11,565 nt of DNA from Candidatus Woesearchaeota archaeon (GCA_964363345.1 CAYIHY010000021.1:1-11565); one strand, 5' to 3'; shown: positions 1 to 5,447, numbered from the stretch's first letter. Translations and numbers: made by a program. The notes: generated from the letters alone by a model not told the origin.

Positions 1-124
1 TTTGATATTTGTGTAAGGAGGGCGGTTTAGTGCGGATTTGTACTAATCACCTAATCTTAAAGATAAAATTGGCCGGGTAAGTAACGAGGAGACAAGAGGA
101 ATTTCTCTTGATGCGGGATTTGAA

Positions 125-574
125 GTGGGAGCGAGTTATGTAAGTGGGAGAGATAGTTTTAATATGAGGTTATATGAAGAAATGGGAGGAACAAACCCCC
201 TTTCTTGTGCTACTGGTTTAATAGGGGGAATATTATATGCTTCAAATAATCTTCCCTGGATTGTGCCGATTATTCCTAGTGTTTCTCTTTCAATGGAGTC
301 GAAAATAGGAGAATTTTCTTCTCGTGAGAAAGACACTTTTCCTTTGAGGATGTTTGCTGAATATGCTGGAGGATTAAGATATCTTTTGGACAGGAAGGAA
401 TTATCTTTTAACCATGAAGGAAGAATAGGATTTAGAGTAGGAAGTGCTCTTGGGAACCAATTGGAATTTTATGCAGGGATGGGAATTAATCAACATTTTG
501 GTAATTCTCATACTTCTGGGAAAGATGTTTATCTAACTTTTATGGGGGGGAGACGTATTTCCCTTCTACCCTAA
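125..574 (+). CDS. Hypothetical Gly/aromatic-rich protein with beta-strand-like alternation; possibly a truncated or decayed paralogue of the beta-barrel-like ORF at 1299..1874
   Basis: GTG-started 149-aa ORF from the track. The frame stays open back to TAA 44..46 but has no ATG/GTG/TTG there, and there is no TATA-like box at the usual 24-28 nt, so the true start is unclear. 'RIGFRVGSALGNQLEFYAGMGINQHFG' resembles the C-terminal strands of the 1299..1874 product ('VDLDLNYGINLNPFEG'). Antisense ORF 136..336 is treated as a shadow. Confidence 0.35.
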   Translation: MGASYVSGRDSFNMRLYEEMGGTNPLSCATGLIGGILYASNNLPWIVPIIPSVSLSMESKIGEFSSREKDTFPLRMFAEYAGGLRYLLDRKELSFNHEGRIGFRVGSALGNQLEFYAGMGINQHFGNSHTSGKDVYLTFMGGRRISLLP

Positions 575-582
575 ACTAAGTT

Positions 583-1248
583 TTAAAATTTATATCTTCC
601 CCTCTTTTCTACTACAGTTAATCTTTCAAGAACTTTTTTAGATTCTTTGTAATTCTCATAACCCTTTTTTATTTCACTAAATAAAATTTCCCAATTTTTG
701 AAATGCTTTGCTTCCAAAGCTTGTTTCAGCAAATGCAAATCAACTGCTTTGTCTTCTATTTTTGGAGAGATATATCCCAGCCCGAAATCGATAAAGAATA
801 TTTTAAAATTTTTAATCTTCTCTCCCCTGCCCACCCGCCCCCGAGGAAATTTTTTGTAAAAATTATCTTCATTTAAAATCATATTGCTTGTTGTTAAATC
901 GCCGTGAATTATATCTGCATTGTGAAGTTTTGAAATTTCTTCTCCGACTATCTTGCAGATTTCTTTTTGTTTTTTTAATGGAAGAGAATCTAACATTTGA
1001 GAAAGTTTTTCCCCTTCAATGAAAGGCATTTTTATTTTATCAAATTCTTCAAGTGGAAATGGATTTGGGGCGTTGATTATTTTGCAGGCTTTTTCAAGAA
1101 GTTTTTTTTCTGATTTTGTTCTTTGCTTTCTTATTTTTTCATCAATTTCTTTTAAACGGTAAGATTTCGAAATGCGGTCTTTTATGATAATATTATCTGA
1201 TAAAGTTATTTTTGCTTCTGCGCCTTGCGCAATAATCTTATTCGACAT
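583..1248 (-). CDS. bud32: Bud32 / Kae1-associated kinase (KEOPS subunit), with a ~20-aa insertion before the DFG motif
   Basis: 221-aa ORF. It has 'GAEA' near the N-terminus, catalytic loop 'IIHGDLTTSN', 'IDFGL', 'EDKAVDL' and a C-terminal 'RGRY' tail, which together are the archaeal/eukaryotic Bud32 signature set. ATG 1248 lies 25-26 nt from the TATA-like box 1270..1277. Confidence 0.9.
   Translation of the reverse strand: MSNKIIAQGAEAKITLSDNIIIKDRISKSYRLKEIDEKIRKQRTKSEKKLLEKACKIINAPNPFPLEEFDKIKMPFIEGEKLSQMLDSLPLKKQKEICKIVGEEISKLHNADIIHGDLTTSNMILNEDNFYKKFPRGRVGRGEKIKNFKIFFIDFGLGYISPKIEDKAVDLHLLKQALEAKHFKNWEILFSEIKKGYENYKESKKVLERLTVVEKRGRYKF
818..852. repeat. GC-rich ~33-nt repeat element, copy A, inside the bud32 CDS; the C-tracts on + form a G-quadruplex motif on the - (sense) strand
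   Basis: 'ttctctcccctgcccacccgcccccgaggaaattt' shares the blocks 'ccacccgccc' and 'gaggaaattt' at identical spacing with 6661..6693. The minus strand reads GGGGG-C-GGG-T-GGG-CA-GGGG (824..842). Confidence 0.6.
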
Positions 1249-1269
1249 ATTTATTCTTAAGCAATAATC

Positions 1270-1277
1270 TTTATATA
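1270..1277. promoter_or_regulatory. Shared TATA-like box of a bidirectional promoter (bud32 and the beta-barrel-like ORF)
   Basis: 'TTTATATA' is centred at 1273.5, the exact midpoint of the 50-nt intergenic region 1249..1298. It is 25-26 nt from both ATG 1248 (-) and ATG 1299 (+), and is flanked by the inverted pentamers 'TAATC'/'GATTA' (1265..1269 and 1278..1282). Confidence 0.5.
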
Positions 1278-1298
1278 GATTAAGATGGATTTTATTTT

Positions 1299-1874
1299 AT
1301 GCATCTGGGAAAATTAATTGCTCCACTAGCACTTGGACTTTCTTTATTAGTTCATCCAATTAAAGCAGAGGACCCCAAATATTTTATAGGGGCTCAATTT
1401 TGCAGTTATTCCTGGTCTTCAACTAATCTGGCAAAATATATCATAGATAGTCCAATGATAAAGGTTGGATTTGGGACAAATTTTAATTCTAATCTTGAAG
1501 GTAAATTTTCTGCAGGATATATGTTAAGCAAAAAGACTTTTTCAATTGGCGGAGGAGTGTCAGAAACAATAGATCTCAAAGCATTTTATTTAGAGGCAAT
1601 TGCGGATTATTCCATTCCTATTTTTAAAGGAGGAAAAGCTTATTTTGGTGCGGGCATTTCTGCTTTGACTGTGGATAATAAAATAACTGCAAGCAACGGA
1701 CAAGAAGCGAGCGAGAAAGATTCGTCTTTTGGAATCCCATTAAATATTGGATATACTGTTTCCCTAAATAATAAAGTAGATTTAGATTTGAACTATGGGA
1801 TTAATTTAAATCCTTTTGAAGGGCCTGATTTTTCAGGGTCTTTTGTTAACCTTGGAATTAGGTTCAATTTTTAA
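1299..1874 (+). CDS. Secreted small beta-barrel-like protein (resembles bacterial OmpA/OmpW/OMP_b-brl 8-strand porin-like proteins)
   Basis: 191-aa ORF. It has a Sec-type signal peptide 'MHLGKLIAPLALGLSLLVHPIKA|ED'. The mature part has repeated amphipathic strand patterns rich in Gly/Tyr/Phe/Asn ('KAYFGAGISALTV', 'FGIPLNIGYTVSL', 'VDLDLNYGINL') and ends with 'FVNLGIRFNF' (terminal Phe, beta-signal-like). Confidence 0.75.
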   Translation: MHLGKLIAPLALGLSLLVHPIKAEDPKYFIGAQFCSYSWSSTNLAKYIIDSPMIKVGFGTNFNSNLEGKFSAGYMLSKKTFSIGGGVSETIDLKAFYLEAIADYSIPIFKGGKAYFGAGISALTVDNKITASNGQEASEKDSSFGIPLNIGYTVSLNNKVDLDLNYGINLNPFEGPDFSGSFVNLGIRFNF

Positions 1875-2380
1875 GATTTTTTAAGTTCTTTTTTCATTTC
1901 AAAAAGAATATCGCTTCCTCTTTTTTCCAAAATCATCAACATTCTTTTTAATTGTCCCACCAAAACTTCTTTCTCTTTTTCATTTATTTTTTCCAAAGAA
2001 GAAAGTCTATTAAAAATATCTTTTTCAATTTTTACAAAATTAATTATTCTTCTTGATATTTTTGTTACATCAAAATAAAGCGGGCTTGACATCATAAGAA
2101 AATTTTTTCTTTCTTTTTTCATTTCCTCAACAACTTTTTTAATCATTTTATTATCTTCTGAAGATTCCAGTTTTCTAATCTGCTGTTTATACAACTTTGA
2201 ATTTTTTTCAATAGTATCAAGAATTTTTTCAAAGTAATCAAGTTTTCTTTTGAAGATTAAATCTTTTTTGCTGTATCTTGTTGTAAGCTGGTGATTTATC
2301 AATGGACCGATAGAGGCTCCAATAAGAACTCCGACTATCCCTGAAAGTGTTGGGATTAATTGTGAAAGTGTTTCTGTCAT
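1871..2380 (-). CDS. Hypothetical protein with an N-terminal transmembrane helix and a Lys/Glu-rich helical (coiled-coil-like) domain
   Basis: 169-aa ORF. The TM segment is 'LIPTLSGIVGVLIGASIGPLI', followed by a charged helical sequence. The TATA-like 'atttttaag' at 2401..2409 is 25 nt upstream of ATG 2380. Its stop overlaps the stop of 1299..1874 in 'TTAA' (1871..1874). Confidence 0.7.
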   Translation of the reverse strand: MTETLSQLIPTLSGIVGVLIGASIGPLINHQLTTRYSKKDLIFKRKLDYFEKILDTIEKNSKLYKQQIRKLESSEDNKMIKKVVEEMKKERKNFLMMSSPLYFDVTKISRRIINFVKIEKDIFNRLSSLEKINEKEKEVLVGQLKRMLMILEKRGSDILFEMKKELKKS

Positions 2381-2400
2381 AAAAGAATTTGAGGAAGAGG

Positions 2401-2409
2401 ATTTTTAAG
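2401..2409 (-). promoter_or_regulatory. TATA-like box for ORF 1871..2380
   Basis: A/T-rich box centred ~25 nt upstream of ATG 2380, the same spacing seen for most genes in the window. Confidence 0.4.
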
Positions 2410-2429
2410 AGTTGCGGAGGGGGAAAATG

Positions 2430-2452
2430 CAAAAATTTCTCCGAAATTTTTG
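2430..2452. repeat. Perfect 10-bp inverted repeat with a 3-nt loop (candidate operator or hairpin)
   Basis: 'CAAAAATTTC' (2430..2439) - 'tcc' - 'GAAATTTTTG' (2443..2452); the arms are exact reverse complements. Confidence 0.6.
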
Positions 2453-2461
2453 ATATGGATG

Positions 2462-2495
2462 AAAATTTTACCAGACTTCGTTAAGGTAAAATTTT
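2462..2495 (-). terminator. Perfect 11-bp stem / 12-nt loop hairpin 14 nt downstream of the TIR reading-frame stop; candidate terminator or RNA element
   Basis: 'AAAATTTTACC' (2462..2472) - 'agacttcgttaa' - 'GGTAAAATTTT' (2485..2495); exact reverse complements. The stem contains T4/A4 tracts, and archaeal termination uses oligo-T. Confidence 0.3.
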
Positions 2496-2508
2496 AGGGG
2501 GGAAGAAG

Positions 2509-3239
2509 TTATAAAGATAATTTCCCCAATTTTCTTATTAATTTTTCAACTATTTCTTTTAACTGTTCTTCTAAATCTTTTGTCTTGTCTAATTCTATTC
2601 CCCCGTACTTCTTTGTTTCATCAAACATTCCCAAAGGGGCGTCAGAAAACCAAATTGGAATTACTGCTTTTTCACCAAATCTTTCTTTAAATTGTTCGGA
2701 TTCAAATTTAGTCCATATTTTTTTGGGATAATCTTTACTTAATAAAACAATTACAAATTCTGCCTCTGATTTATAAATTGGTCCAAGATACTCTTCAACA
2801 TCTTCCGCGAGAATTTCAATTTCTTCATTTTTATCATAAAATACCTAAACTTCTTCTTCTTGAAATAATTCAAATAACCTCTTAGCAATACCTCCTCTTC
2901 TCCTGCAAAGGAAAGCGCGAAATCATATTTTGATTTGAATTCGTTTCTTATAAATCCAATTTGGTCTGAAAATTTTTTCCATAATAAATTTTTTAAATAA
3001 AATAAAAATTTTGGATCTTCAATCGCCAAAATCTTTGAATTTTCTTCATAATGTATAACCTTTGCTATTTCATTATTCTCTTTAATTAATCTCGATAAGA
3101 ACCCTTTTTCAGTTACTTGAATTATACTCCCCTTATATTCGGGGTGTTTAGATATGGCATCTTCTATCTGAATGGACCAATCATTATTTTGAGAAAGCCA
3201 ATATAATAGATGAAGATATGGGGCTTCTTCCCCCTCTTT
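2509..3239 (-). pseudogene. Downstream two-thirds of a disrupted AAA+ NTPase-TIR gene: winged-helix-like linker plus TIR domain, interrupted by a -1 frameshift (~2896..2901) and an in-frame TAG (2845..2847)
   Basis: Hand translation of the minus strand. The phase open over 3239..2754 gives '..EEAPYLHLLYWLSQNNDWSIQIEDAISKHPEYKGSIIQVTEKGFLSRLIKENNEIAKVIHYEENSKILAIEDPKFLFYLKNLLWKKFSDQIGFIRNEFKSKYDFALSFAGE'. The neighbouring phase from 2898 gives 'RGGIAKRLFELFQEEEV*VFYDKNEEIEILAEDVEEYLGPIYKSEAEFVIVLLSKDYPKKIWTKFESEQFKERFGEKAVIPIWFSDAPLGMFDETKKYGGIELDKTKDLEEQLKEIVEKLIRKLGKLSL', ending at TAA 2509..2511. This matches a TIR layout: 'YDFALSFAGE', 'VFYD', 'VIVLLSKDY..W...E'. The track ORF 2751..3029 is only the middle-phase fragment, and its tail after 'SFAGEEE' is out-of-frame read-through. 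Confidence 0.75.
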
Positions 3240-4005
3240 TCATTTTTGTGCCTATCGCAAATGCCCTAGCAGTGGAATAAAATGCTCTACTTAATTCCTC
3301 AGTAACTCTTTGTTTTATTACCTCTATCCCCGTAGAAATTATTTTTTTCTCTTCTTGCTCTTCAGTTACTTCACTGTACACGCATGCTTTATGACATAAT
3401 AGTTGAGCAAGATGGAAACTTCCTTGAGATAATTCAATTATCTCGTTTTTTGATTTTATAGATATATTCAGAGCTTGTTCTCCCAATTTAATTAATTCTT
3501 CTATTTTTTCTGGAGGATTTTTTTCAAATCTTATTGTGTCTATTCTATTGTTTAAATCTTGAGCAAATTTTACTAACGAATCTCCCGCCTTATTTATTCC
3601 AACAATTATTAATTTACTATTCTTTTCTTCATTATCTGCTAAAACTTTCATCAAATCGGCTAATTTCTTTTTAATTGACTCTTCTAAAATATGAAAGTCA
3701 TCTACTATAATTATTCCTATTTGAGTTTTCTTTTCAGATAACTCTTTTATCTTTTCAACTTCTTCTGCCTTTCGAGCAGATAAAATCTGATATCCAGTTA
3801 TTTTTAATTCTTCTATAACTTTTTTTATTCCTACTGTTTTGCCGATTCCCGAGGGGCCTTCAACTACTATCCCTCTCCCCGGAGTTCGTAATGCGACCAA
3901 TAATTCTGTGAATTGGATAGGTTTTACAAAAGTATAAGTTGGCATGCCCGATGTTTTGAAAACGTCTTCCACTTCTTTTTTATTATCTCTCATACTCTTT
4001 TTCAC
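3184..4005 (-). CDS. AAA+ P-loop NTPase (ExeA/TniB/ORC-like pattern); N-terminal module of the disrupted NTPase-TIR gene
   Basis: 273-aa ORF. It has Walker A 'GPSGIGKT' (3835..3858), Walker B 'IIIVDDFH', 'LIIVGINK' and 'SQGSFHLAQLLCH'. The last ~17 aa ('GRSPISSSIILAFSK') look like out-of-frame read-through after the G5 run at 3230..3234. The track start is GTG 4005, but ATG 3993 (MRDNKK..) fits the TATA spacing better. Confidence 0.85.
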   Translation of the reverse strand: MKKSMRDNKKEVEDVFKTSGMPTYTFVKPIQFTELLVALRTPGRGIVVEGPSGIGKTVGIKKVIEELKITGYQILSARKAEEVEKIKELSEKKTQIGIIIVDDFHILEESIKKKLADLMKVLADNEEKNSKLIIVGINKAGDSLVKFAQDLNNRIDTIRFEKNPPEKIEELIKLGEQALNISIKSKNEIIELSQGSFHLAQLLCHKACVYSEVTEEQEEKKIISTGIEVIKQRVTEELSRAFYSTARAFAIGTKMKRGGRSPISSSIILAFSK

Positions 4006-4010
4006 TTAAC

Positions 4011-4023
4011 TTTTATTTAAAAG
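4011..4023 (-). promoter_or_regulatory. TATA-like box for the AAA+ NTPase-TIR gene
   Basis: 'ttttatttaaaag' lies in the 28-nt gap between the SRP54 stop and the NTPase start. It is centred ~24 nt upstream of ATG 3993. Confidence 0.4.
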
Positions 4024-4033
4024 AATTATGGTT

Positions 4034-5404
4034 CTAAAATCTCATCTTTTTTCCGAACTTCTTTGCAAACTTCATCATTTGCTTTTGACTCATACCTTGC
4101 GACATATCCATTCCTGCTCCGCCAGATTTGACGACGTCATTTAGCAATTTATATTGCTTAAGCAAAGAACGAACATCACTCGTCGGAACTCCTGCACCTT
4201 TCGCTATTCTCGCCATTCTTGAAGTTTGTTTTTCCAGCAACTCTGGATTTTCTTTTTCTTCTTTTGTCATTGACTTAACAATATGTTCCCATCTCGCAAC
4301 TTTTGCTTCTTGATTTTCCAAAACTCCTTCTGGAATCTTCGCATCAATATTTGAAAGCCCAGGAATCATTGATTTTATTTTTTCAAATCCTCCTAATTGG
4401 GACATTGATTTAACCTGCTCAATAACATCATCAAGAGTTAATTTCCCCTCTTCAAGATTTTTCTGAATTTTCTTTTGATTTTTTTCTTCTGTAACTGATT
4501 TTATTTTTTCCATCAACGTTTCCAAATCGCCCATTCCTAAAAGTCTAGATAAGAAAGATTTTGGATTGAATTCTTCGATATCATTTATTTTTTCTCCTGT
4601 TGTAATAAAATAAACTGGCGCTTTTGTTTCTGCGCAGGCAGTAAGTGCTCCTCCTCCTTTCGCTGTTGAATCCATTCTTGTAATTATAACTCCTGAAACA
4701 TCAACTGCATCTTTGAACTGACTCGCCTGAGTTTTTGCTGCCTGTCCGATATCTGCAGGAATAATTAAAATAGAATTTGTCGGCTTTGCTTCTTTGGTAA
4801 TAGCTTTTATTTCTTTAATCAATTCATCATCTAATGTGTGCCTTCCTGCTGTGTCAATCAAAACCAAATCATAATCTTTCAACTGCTTTTCATATTTTTT
4901 CCAAAGTTTAACCGCATTTTTTTCAGAAGGGTCAACGAAATAATTTAATTTATTTTTTTCCGCGAGCTGCTGCAATTGTTCTGACGCTGCGGGACGATGA
5001 ACATCCAGCCCAATCATTGCAACTTTGAAACCGCGCTTTGCATAATAATTTCCGAGCTTTGCAGTTGTAGTTGTTTTTCCGCTACCATACAAACCAAGAA
5101 GTAAAATAACATTATGCTTTTCTGTTAATTTTAACTGCTTATATTCCCCGAGAATTCCTAAAAGCTCATCATGCAGGAGTTTGATTAAATGCTCTTTTTT
5201 TTCTATTCCTTTAACTCTTTTATCAAGCGCTGATTTTTTTATTTTGTCTGATAATTCTTTTACCAATGCAACATTAACATCGGCTTCAATTAATGCCCTC
5301 TGCAAATCGCGAACTATTGAATCGACTAAATCCTTGTCAAGAAAAATAGCATTCGCTATCTTGTCTGTTGCTTTTCTGATAACTTCGCCTAGTTTTTCAA
5401 GCAT
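4034..5404 (-). CDS. srp54: Signal recognition particle protein SRP54 (archaeal pattern)
   Basis: 456-aa ORF. It has N-terminal 'MLEKLGE', 'GLYGSGKTTT', 'DTAGR', 'TRMD', the 'LLGMGDLETL' hinge and an M domain with 'SMTKEEKENPELL'. By recall it resembles methanogen SRP54. It ends with TAG 4034..4036. Confidence 0.95.
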   Translation of the reverse strand: MLEKLGEVIRKATDKIANAIFLDKDLVDSIVRDLQRALIEADVNVALVKELSDKIKKSALDKRVKGIEKKEHLIKLLHDELLGILGEYKQLKLTEKHNVILLLGLYGSGKTTTTAKLGNYYAKRGFKVAMIGLDVHRPAASEQLQQLAEKNKLNYFVDPSEKNAVKLWKKYEKQLKDYDLVLIDTAGRHTLDDELIKEIKAITKEAKPTNSILIIPADIGQAAKTQASQFKDAVDVSGVIITRMDSTAKGGGALTACAETKAPVYFITTGEKINDIEEFNPKSFLSRLLGMGDLETLMEKIKSVTEEKNQKKIQKNLEEGKLTLDDVIEQVKSMSQLGGFEKIKSMIPGLSNIDAKIPEGVLENQEAKVARWEHIVKSMTKEEKENPELLEKQTSRMARIAKGAGVPTSDVRSLLKQYKLLNDVVKSGGAGMDMSQGMSQKQMMKFAKKFGKKMRF

Positions 5405-5426
5405 GTTTTATGAAGGAAAGAATGAG

Positions 5427-5437
5427 TTAATAAATTT
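5427..5437 (-). promoter_or_regulatory. TATA-like box for srp54
   Basis: 'ttaataaattt' is centred ~28 nt upstream of ATG 5404, within the 43-nt gap after the tgt stop. Confidence 0.4.
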
Positions 5438-5447
5438 GCGGTTTTAG

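Noticed and set aside
136-336. Antisense 66-aa ORF within 125..574
   Set aside because: It is a shadow ORF on the opposite strand of a longer ORF, with no independent support.
1871-1874. Convergent genes sharing or abutting stop codons (TTAA at 1871..1874; TAG/TTA at 7307..7312) with no terminator space
   Set aside because: This is consistent with ordinary genome compaction in reduced archaea, so it is not treated as a distinct feature.
2238-2432. 64-aa ORF overlapping the 5' end of ORF 1871..2380
   Set aside because: It is an alternative-frame overlap with the longer, better-supported ORF. It has no promoter spacing and no recognisable features.
2845-2847. TAG reassignment or an alternative genetic code as an explanation for the in-frame stop in the TIR region
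   Set aside because: TAG terminates srp54 (4034..4036) and ORF 6749..7309 (7307..7309) at sensible protein ends, so it functions as a stop here.
2751-3029. The 92-aa TTG-started ORF as an independent small gene
   Set aside because: Its reading phase is open well upstream of the TTG (back to 3239) with protein-like sequence and no promoter. Its first two-thirds end in the TIR 'YDFALSFAGE' motif, and its tail ('VLLRGYLNYFKKKKFRYFMIKMKK..') is low-complexity out-of-frame read-through. It is a fragment of the disrupted NTPase-TIR gene.
3129-3144. Small GC hairpin 'CCCC ttatattc GGGG' near the NTPase/TIR junction
   Set aside because: It has only a 4-bp stem and lies inside the coding linker segment (encoding 'HPEYKG'). 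There is no sign of it elsewhere, so it is probably incidental.
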